64,000 bases of DNA. It comes from Octopus vulgaris. Taxonomy: Eukaryota. Position numbers and translations under genes: made by a program. Under the pieces are notes generated by a model. The model saw nothing but the letters and a program-made list of their open reading frames with translations. It searched no databases and was not told the origin of the DNA. Location: NCBI GenBank assembly GCA_951406725.2, contig OX597830.1, positions 65,782,001-65,846,000 of the forward strand. The letters are read 5' to 3'. Shown here in pieces: positions 36,227-50,570 of this stretch. Each line of letters begins with the position of its first letter. Position 1 is the stretch's first letter.

Positions 36227-38034
36227 GTTAGTGCAACTGTCTTCACGCTGAAACATAACCAATATCTGCAAATAAAGAAAAAAACAAAAAAACAAAAACA
36301 AATGTCCTCACCTGTTTCAAAAGAAAAGGTAATATTTCCCCTGTGGCCAGACAGGTATTGCATTTAAAAAATTTTTTTTTACAGAAGATTGTAAATGAGT
36401 AGCACTGCTTATTTGAGGATGACACTCAGGTACAGTAATTATGTGACAATGCTTATGCACATGCAATAGGTTTCTTTCAGTTCCCATCGACCAGATCCAC
36501 TCTCAAGGGTTTGGTTGGCCTAGGGCTATAGGAGAAGATGCCCAAAGTGCCACACAGCGGAACTGAACCTAAAACTATGTGGTTTGGAAGCAAACTGCTT
36601 AACAACACAACTATGTAGCATGTGTGTGTGTGTGTGTGTGTGAGTGTATAATTATATGTACACACACACATATATACACATAAGAGTACCATTGAGTGAG
36701 ATCGTTGCCAGAGCATGCCGATGGCCCGTTAAAAACACCATTCGAGCGTGATCGTTACCTGCGTCGCCTTATTGGAACTTGTGCTGGTGGCACATGAAAA
36801 AAACATTTGAACGAGGTCGTTGCCAGTGCTACTGGACTGGCTCATGTGCAGGTGGCACATAAAAAGCACCATTTGAACGTGGCCGATGCCAGTACCGCCT
36901 GACTGGCCCTTGTGCCGATGACACGTAAAAGCACCCACTACACTCTCGGAATGGTTGGCATTAGGAAGGGCATGCAGCTGTAGAAACTCTGCCAGATCAG
37001 ATTGGAGTCTGGTGCAGCCATCTGGTTCGCCAGACCTCAATCAAATCGTCCAACCCATGCTAGCATGGAAAGTGGACATTACACAATGATGATGATATAT
37101 GTGTACATATAATTATATATATATGTGTGTGTGTGTGTATTTATATTCATGACTCCTTGTCTTGATATCATTATCCTTATCATCATTTAACGTCCACTTT
37201 TCCATGCTGGCATGGGTCAGCCAGAGTTTATTGAAGATAATTTCTATAGCTGGATGCCTTTCCTGTTACCAACTCTCTCACCTGTTTCCAAGCAAAGTAA
37301 TATATCCCCTTCGCCCAGACATATTGTTGCAAGATATCAGAAATGAATGACACTGCTTCTACAATAGGGACAATCACTTATAACAATCATGTGATGTCAA
37401 GACAAAGAGACACAAATATACACATACACTGACACTCATACACGCACACACACACAAGCATACATACATACTTACACACATCACTAGATCATACATACAT
37501 ACAAATCTCATTTAAGATTCACAAAGATCAGAACTTCACTATTGGTCTAAAATGGATATGCAATCTATGTGGGTGTCTTTTCAAAATATTGTCTGGTTTT
37601 AAAAAGTCACATGAGATGCCATGATGTCTGAAGGAAAGAAAAGAGTCTGGAGCCATGCTGAACAGCTCCTCAACAAAGCTGTCCTTAAGGAAGCCAAACA
37701 ATATCACATGTAATCTCTCAATGATATGGCTAGACTACAAGGCATTCAACTCTGTACCTCACTCATAGATGATAGAATCACTACACCTTGTCAAAGTACC
37801 AACTGCTATAGTGAATGACATTGAAAGACTAACCACAACATGGCCCACGCAGTTATCACAAACAACTTCTGAAGCAACACCTATCGTTACAAACAGAATT
37901 AAGCTATCAACAGGTATGTTCCATGGTGATAGTTTATCTGTAATGTCGTTTGTACTCACAGCGAATCCCGTGTCAGCCCTATGAACAAAATGCCAAGACT
38001 ACATGCTGGGATATACTGAAAAGAATAAAATTAA

Positions 38035-38256
38035 CCCTTTAGCATTTAAACCGGCCATATCCGGCCAAAAGTATTCTGCCTGTTTTATGTTCAAAATGGT
38101 CAGATCTGGTCTCTCACACCAACCCTACAATGTTGTTTTAAAAATTAACAGCTACCTCATCAAAATCTCATAGCTACAAGATAATGCATGATTAATTCAA
38201 AACAATGTGGATGAAAAAGCTTTTTTTTTTGGCAGAATAATGCGAACACTAAAGGG
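38035..38256. mobile_element. piggyBac-type MITE (second family)
   Basis: TTAA|ccctttag ... ctaaaggg|TTAA, inserted in the R4-like LINE. Confidence 0.85.
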
Positions 38257-38593
38257 TTAATGCCACCCTTACATTTTTTGTAGATGTCCTAAAGTTATGT
38301 TCTGGTAATATGATCAATATCAAGTGATAGAACTAGTCACAACATTCTCATAAGATATAAGAATGGAGTTGGGGTTAGATAAATGCTCTTATATGATAGT
38401 CAGCCGAGGAAAGCCTGTCAACCAGGCAGGGAACATGTACATCAGCAGCTTGTTTATCTCCCCTATCTCTACTGATGAAAGCTACAAGCACCTCGAAATT
38501 GATGAGAATGTTGTATATATTAGTGCTGTGACTAAGCCAGACTAACAAAAGTAGACTCTGGAAAATATGAAACTCAGAGCTGTCTGCATTTAA

Positions 38594-38815
38594 CCCTTTT
38601 GTTACTGTATTTCTGTTGAAGATGCTCTGTGTTTCTTTCAATTACTTTAGATATAACAAAGAATTTAGTAAAATAACTTTGTTATCATTCAGCTAGTGTT
38701 AGGAACATAAATTGTGATTAAGGTTTGGTGGAAGATTTTAATTCAGAACTTTTGAAAACAAGATATTTATACTAAAGAGCTAGAGCCGGTTTCAGCCAGG
38801 TTGGTAACGAAAGGG
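38594..38815. mobile_element. piggyBac-type MITE
   Basis: TTAA|cccttttgttac ... gtaacgaaaggg|TTCA. Confidence 0.8.
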
Positions 38816-39806
38816 TTCACAAGGTCTTTGCAGTACCAGTACTAGTTACAAACATTTGGGATAGTAGACTGGACACTTGATGAGATACACAACCTGGACA
38901 TCAAAACCAGAAAAGTACTGCCCACTAGTGGTAACTTCCACATTAACAGTGACACCAATAGGATGTATGTGAGATGAAGTGATGGCAGTAGAGGTATAAG
39001 GTTATCCAAACAGCCTTTGAACATCACATTGTGTCACTCTGATAACACCTGCTGAACAGTAGAGAAAGAATTGAGTACATTCCAGGCATGCCCAAAAGTG
39101 AGAGCAGCAACATCTTCAGAGTTGAAGAACTACAGTGCAGGTACTGTGAGAATACAGTTGTCTCATGCAACCCAAAGGAGGCCGGACTGGCCTACCTAAA
39201 CAGAAGTTTGGAGGAGAAGCAGGCATCATACCAGCAAAAAGCAATGCATGGGTACACATCTCGTATGCTAGAGGGCAACAACAGTGTTGACAGGAAGGGT
39301 AGCCTCACCTGAATCTCACCTAGAAGGATATGCCTTTGCTATCCAGGAACAGGAGATAGTTACTAAATACCTGATAAACAAGAGGGACAAAGATATTGCC
39401 AGATCTCCATGTGATAAAAAAATATTGGCTCTGCTATACCAAAGTGGAAGATATCAGTCACATCGTAAGCAGCTGTTGCAAAATGTTTATAAAATATAGC
39501 TACCCTTGAGGAATGATACAGTTGCAAAGAGTATTTACAATGCTATCCACAGGAAGGGCTGCCCAATATATTCATTAAAGGCATGTCAGAACCAGCAGGT
39601 ATTCACACCTTCAAAAACAAAGAATACTAGTGGAACACCTCAAGAAAAAAACATCAATTCAGTGCAAAGGTAACAAACCTGATATTGTTCAGTGGGTCAG
39701 GGAACAAAAGTCATGCACTATTGCAGAGGTCAGCTACTCAGTGGATCTGAATGTACAATCAAAAGTCCAGGTAAAGGAGAACATTTATAGTGAATTAATA
39801 CAGAAC

Positions 39807-39807
<1 letters not shown>

Positions 39808-39853
<46 letters not shown>

Positions 39854-40197
39854 TACATACATACACATACATACATACATACATACACATACACACAAAT
39901 ACATACATACATACATACATACATACACATACATACACACAAATACATACATACATACATACATACACACAAATACATACATACATACATACATACATAC
40001 ACATACAAACACACAAATACATACATACATACACATACATACACACAAATACATACATACATACATACATACATACATACATACATACATACATACATAC
40101 ATACATACATACATACATACATACATACATACATACATACATACATACATACATACATACATACATACATACATACATACATACATACATACATACA

Positions 40198-40230
<33 letters not shown>
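39808..40230. repeat. (CA)n/(TACA)n microsatellite
   Basis: Direct reading. Confidence 0.95.
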
Positions 40231-40501
40231 TCATTTAGTATTGACTGTTGGAAAAAAGAGTACTTGATATTATAGCAGAGATTCGTAATATTTATATTGT
40301 ATTTTGGTCGAGTCAGTTGGCCTGTCGGTGCACAGGGTCTTCTGACAGATTATTACAGGTGAATCTCGGAGTAGTTAGAGACTCTCTCGGACATAAATAA
40401 AAATAACTTATCTCCACAGTGGTATTGGGTACTCTTTGAGGGAGGGAGGGAGAGAGAGAGAGAGAAAGAGAGAGAGGGGGGAGAGGGAGAGATAAACAGA
40501 C

Positions 40502-40560
<59 letters not shown>

Positions 40561-41976
40561 CCGACAGAAAGATACACGCAGAGAGACAAAGACAGCAACA
40601 GACAGATGGACAGACAGACAGACAAATCGATCGACTGATTGATAAATAGACAGACAGATAAACAGAGCCATCGATCGACAGATCGAGCGAGCGAGCGATA
40701 GACAGACAGACAGATTAACAGATCGATCGATCGATAGACAGATTAACAGATCGATCGATCGAGCGATAGACAGACATCTTGACAGATAGATAGGCATATC
40801 GATCGATAGATAGACTGACAGATATATAGATAGATAAATGAACCGTAAAGATCTTTGCAAAGTTGACAAATAGATGAATAGAAAGTTTATTATTTGATTT
40901 AAATTTACATAAAATTCGCTTCTTTAAAAGGCGAATCTTACTTTGCAAAACGCTCGTCTTTTCATAATGAAACTGCTTATTTTATTTCGATTTTCTCTGT
41001 TATTTTGTGAAAGTTTAGCATTATCCGTTTCCTATTGCTTAAGAGTTTATTGCTCTAAGACTGAATTAAACTAATAAATGAACTTTTAAAATTTATGCTT
41101 GAAAAGCAGTTAGAAAGAAACATCTAGCAGTTAATATGTATATTTATTGTAAGTTTTCGGAGCTTTAAACGGACGTTATTTAGCATATATATATCTTAAA
41201 AGACGAATTTTCAAGAAAGATATTTAGAAATGATCTTAAAATACATCAAAAATGAGAACGAAAGCAAGAAAGAAAATGCTGCTTACGACGAAATAATCCT
41301 TGTTTCTTTACAAAAACATTTGCACGTGCCAGAGAGAGAGCCTCTACGTGGTCACACAACCTCTAGAAATAGCGGCCAAATCCTCTCAAAACACGTCCTG
41401 CGGTTTTAGAAAAGGACCAGTTGGATAATATGATGATAGTATGTTCCAGAGTTACCTACATATAACAGAAAGAACGGGATGGTCACGGTTGCAGTGCTTT
41501 TGATTATAGGCCTGCTTGATCAAGGCTGACCTGGGGTTAAAGAACGTCATCTTAAAAGGTAACTCTCAACGCGACTGCTTCCCCACTGCATCTTCTGTCT
41601 TTCAATTTTAATGGACTGCGGCCATGCTGGAGCACCGTCCTGAAGGATCTTAGTCAAACGGATCGACACCAGTACTCATTCTATTGGAGTTTTTTTGGCG
41701 AACCCCTAAGTTACAGGGACGAAAACAAACCAGCATCGGTTGTTAAACGGTGCTGAGGGACTAACACCAACACAAAACACAGATATATAATCTATAGATG
41801 TGTGTGAGTGTGTGTGTGTGTATGTGTGTGAGTGAGAAAGAGAGAGAGAGAGAATATGTATGTATATGAAAATATATATATATATATATCCCTCATGCTT
41901 TCCGAAATCCGCCGAAACTACACCTGATTATATATACACTTTAGATGAGTTGTAGTGCACCTGAGCACTGTACACA

Positions 41977-42176
<200 letters not shown>

Positions 42177-42614
42177 CAGTTTCCATTTGTCAAATCCACT
42201 CACAAGGCTTTGGTCGGCTTTTGGCTATAGCAGAAGACATTCGCGCAAGGTACCACGCAGTGGGACTGAACTTGGAACTATGTGGTTGGAAAGCAAACTT
42301 CTTTATTTCATATAATTTGCCACAAGGGCATCACTCAGATAGAAGCTTTGCGGGCTGGACACGGACATTAATGGGATGAATGATAATGATGCAAGAATGA
42401 TGATTATGGGAGAAGACGAAAAGCGCCCGCAGACTTTCGCTTCTCTAAAACAATGTTCTTTTTTCCTTTTTCCCCCCAAAACACAATGAGGCAATAAACC
42501 TCTTACTTAAACAACACAATGTTCAGAATTCTTTTTTTTCTTTTTTAAAACACAATGAGGCTATGAACCTCGTACATTACACAAAAAGTCACATATTTCA
42601 CATTTTGTTGACTC

Positions 42615-43074
42615 TGTAGTGACGTCACGTCATATTCCACTGTGCGCACACGCAACGTCATTCTTCAGTGTGCGTGTGCGGAACGTCCTTGTTCAGTGCG
42701 CATGTGCGGGGTTGGAACCTTCTAGAACCTTCTGGAAAGGCATAGGGATGTTCCCTCATGCGTATGCGCTAGAGACTGAAGGGGACAGTTACTAGGGCGT
42801 TTTCCTTAATAGCGCCGTGACGACCTTCTCTGTTGCTATTGAATTTGTTGTAAGAACCTTACAAATGTCAAAATTCAGCCTTGCTATTTCGCACCAAGTG
42901 GATACCAAGATACCAACGAACTTCTTTTGTAAATAAGAAAATAAAGAGTTATATATATTTTTAAGGTTGCGTTTCTTGTTCCTGACTGGTAGTCTCTGGA
43001 ATCTAAAGAAAGGAAATTGTGTTGCACCCAAGTTGCACCCCACAGGTGTAAAGAAGCAACCAGTTCCCTTTACA
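42615..43074 (+). mobile_element. Solo LTR (Gypsy type, 460 bp)
   Basis: TGTAG...TTACA termini, 4-bp TSD ACTC (42611-42614 and 43075-43078), internal AATAAA, CpG retained. Confidence 0.75.
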
Positions 43075-43339
43075 ACTCGTTCAGGTTATCCGGCCGACCA
43101 GTACCCTTGCTTCATTGAAGCATGTACTCGGTTCCAGGCCGGACCACACAGCCATATATCTGCAGGAGTCCTCCGGGAAGGAATTCATGATCCTGCATCG
43201 ATCACTATCCCATAGGACCTCCGCAGCCACCTGCGAAGGCCACTCAGGGTCCTCCGTGCAGGACAGAAGTCCTTCCCATCGGCCCCTCTTCTTACCACAC
43301 AGCCACGTATACACCTTTTAATGAGACATTAATCTCTCT

Positions 43340-43399
<60 letters not shown>

Positions 43400-44699
43400 G
43401 CCCGGAAAGTTGAGCATGGCCTTTGCTAGTCCCATAATGTTCTATGAGAAATTTCTGTATGAAAGATTGCAGGGAAATCACAGAGAGCTTAAAAGCGTAG
43501 CAGTTCTGAAGAAGAACCGTCGGAAAGAGGTGTTTAATACTGAGTTAAGGAGAAGAGAAATAATACATACTTGCGGAAATACCTGGTGTATACTGAGCTA
43601 AAGACTTCAGAAATCGAAGCTTACACGCAAAGTAATTTGTTGAAATTACAGAGAAGTTTCTTGGAAAATTCTCGGATATTTGGTTTAAGCACCCATGTAC
43701 ATTTTTACCGTACACTTGTTTCGGTCATTGGACTGCGGCCATGCAGGGTCTCCGGCTTGAAGGATTTTGTCAAGCAAATAAACCTCAGTATTTATTTTTA
43801 AGTCTAATACTTATTCTATCATTCTCTTTTGTCGTACCGGTAAGTTAGTGACGTAAACAAACCAGCACCGGTTGTCAAGCGATGGGGAGACACACACAAT
43901 AGGTTTTCATACACTTTCCATCAACAAAACTCACTCACAAGGCATTGGTCAACCTGGGGCTGTAATAGAAGACACTGCAGTGTGGGACAGAATAACAAAA
44001 AGGTTTGAACCCAAAGCTACGTAGTAAGCAAAGCGAGCTGCGGCAAGACTTCCGCCCCCCCCCCCCCCCAAAAAAAACACCCTTTAAAAAAAATTACAAA
44101 AATAAACAAATTTGAGAGAAAATGTGGGAGGAAGGGCCGAAGTCTTTCCCGAACTGCTTCTTAACCCTGAACCACACAGCCGGCCTGCGACGTACATTCA
44201 CTTTTCTCCCTTCTTTTTCTTTCCTTTTTTTTTTACTGATTTTTTAGGAAATTTTTTCAGAAAAAAAGAAATACTATAAAGTTATTTCGTTTTATTTACC
44301 CATCTCTGTTCTGCCTTAACCTTTCTCCTAATTCTACTTCTAAATCTAACCTAAACTGCAAACCCGACTCTAATCCTAAACCTAAGACGTCGCGCTATCA
44401 TCTAACACTAACCCTAACGCTAAACTTTATTTGTAGAATCGTAATCTCTTCTCTTTAAAACGAGTAATTTTGAAAACATTTTTTTCAAAATAATGAAATT
44501 ATGGCCGGTTGCATACCTTAGAACAAAGAAACGGTAGGACGGAAGGGAAAAGAATTGTAATTTTCCCTAAAATTTTTATATGCAGAATCGTAATATGTAT
44601 TTAAAACATGGAAATCTAAAGAGATTTTTTGTGTGCGCGCACGCGTGTGTATATGTACAATATACCTACCTAACTACCCATTTACTTACCTACTTACCT

Positions 44700-45231
44700 A
44701 CCTACCTACCTACTCTGACCTAGATACGTAGATACGTATATACCTAGATACGTAACTATATGCAGGAGAATACATACCTACCTACCTACTCTGACCTAGA
44801 TACGTAGATACGTATATACCTAGATACGTAACTATATGCAGGAGAATACATACCTACCTACCTACTCTGACCTAGATACGTAGATACGTATATACCTAGA
44901 TACGTAACTATATGCAGGAGAATACATACCTACCTACCTACTCTGACCTAGATACGTAGATACGTAGATACCTAGATACGTAACTATATGCAGGAGAATA
45001 CATACCTACCTACCTACTCTGACCTAGATACGTAGATACGTATATACCTAGATACGTAACTATATGCAGGAGAATACATACCTACCTACCTACTCTGACC
45101 TAGATACGTAGATACGTATATACCTAGATACGTAACTATATGCAGGAGAATACATACCTACCTACCTACTCTGACCTAGATACGTAGATACGTAGATACC
45201 TAGATACGTAACTATATGCAGGAGAATACAT
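44700..45231. repeat. 76-bp minisatellite, 7 near-identical copies
   Basis: ctctgacc recurs at 44713, 44789, 44865, 44941, 45017, 45093 and 45169. Confidence 0.95.
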
Positions 45232-45820
45232 TCATAAAACATACAAATCTGCACATACATACATACATACATACATACATGCAAACAAAAGTACCCTGTT
45301 GTTGATGTTGAAATTCCAATGAAGGAGCCTTGGATCTAGGTTAGAAACCAGTTCTTTCTCTATTGGCAAGAAATCTTGAAATAAACTGAATAATGACATA
45401 CACTTTCTGTATTAATGCAGCAATAAATATGTTCATATACATAAAACAAGTCTTCTCCCTGACTACGCCACAGATGTTTAAAAATCAAGCAATGCTTGAG
45501 CTTGAGATCTTTTAAAGCAAGGAAAGACCTTGCAGAGAGTGAATCCCACTCACTAAACAACGTATGCATTCACGTGGAAAGAACTAGTTTACATCATTGA
45601 TCCAAATGCATATTAGGACCAACGATGATTTAAACCGGCAGCTCTACTAAGCTTGCTTGGTAAGGAGAGTTGTTTTTATTGGACACCCTGGAAAGACAAA
45701 AACAAAATTGGTCAAATGACGGATGAACTCAGATGTCAAAACAAAGACCTCTAGTCTTTGTTTAGACATCTTGAAGTAAACCTCTGATGCAACACATATA
45801 CATTAATCAATCGATTCATA

Positions 45821-46545
45821 TGTAGTGAATCTTGCAGGCATGAAGTGGATTCGATCCACCATAGCCAAATTTAAATTAACGCTGCAACAGAACTGTTCCC
45901 ATGGTGGAACAATGGTTTTTCTCTGACAGCAGTTTTACATTTTCCAGATGCCATTAGCTGGGCCGAAATAATGTCTTCACTACTTGACCCTTTCTAACCT
46001 CTTCTACTTCACTAAAAGCTAGAATAGAGATAACAAGATCACCAACTAAATTTATTGTTCTCAATGATATATCTATCCTTCTGGATAGTTATATAAGCAA
46101 TCACCCACCCCCCCAACTAAAAATCAGTTAGTCACAGTCGGTGACAACTCAACGAGGTCTGGCTGACCAGCCTTGGTCAGAGGGAGAAATGAAGTTTACG
46201 GTCAGCAACTTGAGACAACCCCCTACAATTCTCTCTAGCTCTAATTCTGTTCTCTTTATAACATCGTTCTATCTCTCTCTGTATTTACTACTAAACAATG
46301 AAGAGAACACAAGCACAAACTTTACTTCGCATGCTTTTGGATTTATCATAACCTGCTCGTCGAGGCAAGGCAATAACGTAACGGTAAATAAATATTTCCT
46401 TAAAATGTCATGCATTGTTCATCTTTCACATCCTACAGCATGCGACTATAATAACAAACTCTTATCGTCACAATTGCCGACTGTCAACATTTCATAATAT
46501 TGTTTACAAATCCATTTTCTATCGTTACAATTGGTGACCTCGACA
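45821..46545 (+). mobile_element. Probable LTR plus primer-binding site of a truncated LTR retrotransposon
   Basis: gttaca|at TGGTGACCTCGAC (PBS-like) at 46529-46544. The TGTAG start at 45821 is tentative. Confidence 0.45.
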
Positions 46546-46619
46546 TATCATAATATTGAGTAACTAACCAATTAAAACCGCTACACATACATACAGACAT
46601 TCGTAAAGTTTACTGAAGA

Positions 46620-47020
46620 GAAATTTCTGAATGAAGTTCTATGTCCAGTTAATCGTTTCATTTCATCTGGTTAGCCTGTTATTTTTTCTTTTGACATAAC
46701 TTCAAAGTCAGAAAGCAGCATAGCTCTCATGACTTTCGGAAACATCTTTTTTTTATACTCAGAGTTATTGAAGCGTGGAACAAACTATCTGAATCAGTTG
46801 TTAGTTGCCGAGACATTTCATCCTTTAAAACCTCCATGCTTCCTGAAATTTGCCAACACTACGCCTGGTGTGCCCACCTCCATACACATACACACATGTA
46901 TATCATGACTCGTACACTGTTCACTTTCCTGACATTTGTACATAATTCTATGTACTATACATGCACGTGTGATAAGTTGTAGTGTACCCGAGTACTAGAC
47001 ATAATGATTTCGTTATTATT
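46620..47020 (+). mobile_element. CR1-group LINE 3' fragment
   Basis: FRKHLFF..RVIEAWNKLSESVVSCRDISSFK-like terminus and (att)n tail. A shorter related 3' piece lies at about 41890-42015. Confidence 0.65.
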
Positions 47021-47027
47021 GTTCCAG

Positions 47028-47600
47028 GGGCGGCGAGCTGGCAGAAACGTTAGCACGCCGGACGAAATGCGTAGCCGTATTTCGTCCGCCGTTACGTTCT
47101 GAGTTCAAATTCCGCCGAAGTTGACTTTGCCTTTCATCCTTTCGGGGTCGATAAATTAAGTACTGGGGTCGATATAATCGACTTAATCCGTTTGTCTGTC
47201 CTTGTTTGTCCTCTCTGTGTTTAGCCCCTTGTGGGTAGTAAAGAAATAGGTATTTTGTCTGTCGCTACGTTCTGAGTTCAAATTCCGCCGAGGTCGACTT
47301 TGCCTTTCATCCTTTCGGGGTCGAATGTACCGGTTACGCACTGGGGTCGATATAATCGACTTAATCCGTTTGTCTGTCCTTGTTTGTCCTCTGTGTTTAG
47401 CCCCTTGTGGGCAGAAAAGAAATAGGTATTTCGTCTGACATTCCGTTCTGAGTTCAACTTCCGCTGAGGTCGACTTCGCCTTCCATCCTTTCGGGGTCGA
47501 TAAATTTAGTACCAGTTGCGTACTGGGATCAATCTAATCGACAGGTCCCCTACCCCAAAACAATTTCGGGCCTTGTGCCTAGAGTAGAAAAGATTATTAT
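47028..47600 (+). repeat. Tandem multimer of the same MetaSINE-like SINE (about 3 units)
   Basis: Head ggcggcgagctggcagaaacgttagc followed by three body repeats and an (att)n tail. Confidence 0.8.
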
Positions 47601-48458
47601 AATTTCCCGGCTTCGTTTTCTTTCGTTTTCAATTCCCCACACTTATATCTTCCTTAAGCGAAAGATCGTGTATCAGAGATGTAAAATTTAGTTATGTATG
47701 TGAGAGGATGATTTTGTCAGTTACAAATAATCAGTAAGTACACACACACACGCAGCATTTCACGCATATTCTATGTTCCTTTTGCACATAAAACACGCAG
47801 AAACAAACAGGTACATACATATAACACTTGCACTTCCTCCTTCCAGAAAATTTTTTTTTAATAAATAAAAGCGCCCTTTTAAAGCCTAACCAGGCTCATG
47901 GGCCCGTCTCCCCGGTTTCAATGGCGTATGTGTTCCCCAGCTGGACGGGACGTCCGTCCATCGCAGCGTTACTCATTTTTGCTAGCTGAGTGGAGTGGAG
48001 CAATGTGAAATGAAGTGTTTTGCTCAAGAACACAACGCGGTGCCCGGTCCAGGAGTCGAAACCACAATCTTACGATCATGATGCTGACACCCTAACCACT
48101 AAGCCACGCGCCTCCACTTTCAGAAAATTAATTTTATATTAATGTTCAGAAAACCACTAGCGTAGCTAGAATGTGTGCGGACGACCCTTCCGTTTACCGC
48201 CCCCAGACTCCACAAAAAAAAAACAAAAAAACATTGCCTACAGCAGACCCAAAAGTAGTACCCCTTTAAAAGTGCCGCCCGTGGTGGACCGCCCCTACCG
48301 CCCCAGCTGTGCTAATGTAGATAACATGGAACCTCGAAAGGCAAACGTAGAACTAAAAGAACAACATGGAATTTTAGAACTTTATTTCAAAATCTGTGAA
48401 CCAAATCAGCACCTTATGAAGTATGTGGTGAAAAAGTTGATGTGTAGTTATATTGAAA

Positions 48459-48851
48459 TATATATAAAAGGGAAGTTGTGTGTCTGTCTCCTACGATTTA
48501 GATTCCTAACTACTCCCTCATTTTGCGGTGCAGTTTAACCAAAACCGGGTATCTTATAGTCGTGATTCATATCGAGCCCTTCTGGGTATTAGCGCGCGTC
48601 TACGATGAGTCTACGATTTAAAAAAAAAATTACCATCATTTTTTTTCCATTTTAATGCATTTTTCGCTATTATATAAGGGAAGTAACTCTCTAAAAATGT
48701 CTACGATGAGTCAACGATTTAAAAAAAATTTACCATAATTTTTTTTTCATCTTTAGTGCATTTTTTTGCTATTTTTTGGCTATAACTCTCTAAAGATGCT
48801 TATATAGTTATTTCCCTTACAAACCCGAGCAACGCCGGGCGATACAGCTAG
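48459..48851 (+). mobile_element. Non-autonomous Helitron
   Basis: tatatataaaa...tgtctgtct 5' end; 3' hairpin cccgagcaacgccggg followed by CTAG|T. Confidence 0.7.
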
Positions 48852-49557
48852 TTGAAATATAAATGACAAATGTATCTTGGTATCTGCCTTAACTTTCAAG
48901 AAAATGGCTTTTAGCAAGGGAGGCGACTCTTAATCCTGCTTTAGTTGTTTCCCTTGATAACTGCTGGTTTTGTTTACGAAATTTACGTTGAGTCATCATA
49001 TTTCGATTTACCTTGATAGAAAACTGTCTTCACTTCCAGGAAACATGGAACATCAAAAAGTAAATGTAAAATAGAAAAATATATTTGAGATATGAAGTAG
49101 TTATCGTCATTTTTTACAGTATTAGAGTTTGATAGACCAAAACGGAAGATTACAAGGTAAAACAAATATATATGTAGCAAAGCTATATAATCAAGAAAGG
49201 AAGTAAAATTAATGCAGGAAAGGCGTATCTAAAATAATAAAATAACTCAGTGGTTAGAGCGTCGAGTTTACGATCGTGAGGTTGTGAGTTCGAATCCCGG
49301 ATCGAGCTGTGTGTTGTGTTCTTGAGCAAGACACTTTATTTCACGTTGCTCCAGTTCACTCAGCTGTAGAAATGAGTTGCGACGTTACAGGTGCCAAGCT
49401 GTATCGGCCCCTTTGCCTTTCCCGTGGATAACACTGGTGGCATGGAGAGGGGAGGCCGGTATTCACGGGCGACTACTTTGCCCAGACTTGTGCCTGGGAG
49501 GGTAACTTTCTAGGTGCAATCCCACGGTCAGTCATGACCAAAGAGAATCTCAATATG

Positions 49558-49675
<118 letters not shown>

Positions 49676-49676
49676 T

Positions 49677-49709
<33 letters not shown>

Positions 49710-50538
49710 CATAAAGGGTTTATTCCTGTTTCCACCTGCCAGTTCCACTCATTAGTTTTGGGTCAGTCTAGGGCTAAAGTATAAGACACTTGCCCAAGGT
49801 GACACACTATAAAACTGACCTTGGAACCATGTGATTGGGAAACAAACTTCTTACAATAAGGCCCCATTTGTGCCTGGCCATACCTGCATCTCACTATGCA
49901 TTAATAATCATAATTAATACTGCTTCTGCCACTGTTAGTTATTTTTTTAATAATCCAACTGGTTGTTACATCTAGCCAGATATCCACCACTGACAAGGCC
50001 AACGGATGCCGAAATCACGTGATCTCATAGTTCCAGTGGCTGTAGCAGACAGATCTTGCCAAACAGCTATATGAACATTAGTGCTTTTATGTACCACAAG
50101 TCTATATGAGAGGTCCTCTCTTGGTAAATAATGAAGTATTCTGTGTTCTCACTCAACATCCACTTTAAGTGGAAGATAAAAATTACATAATTTATAATTT
50201 TCTGAATTAAATACTAAACATCATTCCTGTGAAGAACATTCTGTAAATTATGTCAGTTATGTGGAGGAAAGCATTTTCTTGTGGACAAACGATGATTACT
50301 TATTTAATAACTGTTGCCATAGAAATAAAGTTTGAGTTGCCAATATTGCATCAGGGTAAGTTTACTAAAGAATTTCATTTTGGATGTGTACGTCTGTGGA
50401 ATACTCAACCACTTTTATGCTAATTCAATGAGTAAGTAGTTTGGTTAATTGCACACCTGAACACTCATATGTCATTCTCAATGGGATAGTCCTTCATATA
50501 TATACATGTATTTGTATATATAAAGACAGATAGATAGA

Positions 50539-50570
<32 letters not shown>

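Larger units (their letters stand above)
37550..39810 (+). mobile_element. Decayed RLE-type non-LTR retrotransposon (R4/Dong-like), interrupted by two MITEs
   Basis: Motifs in mixed frames: EQLL, WLDY-KAFNSVPH, GMFHGDSLS, GLDKC, AIQEQEIVTKY, ISHIVSSC (CCHC-like), NKPDIV, IAEVS, KENIYSEL. Confidence 0.8.

Noticed and set aside
44700-45231. CRISPR-like regular repeat
   Set aside because: Contiguous identical units with no unique spacers, no cas genes, and a eukaryotic context.
50250-50360. Possible + strand exon ending at cagg|gtaagt
   Set aside because: No recognisable protein or partner exons were found.
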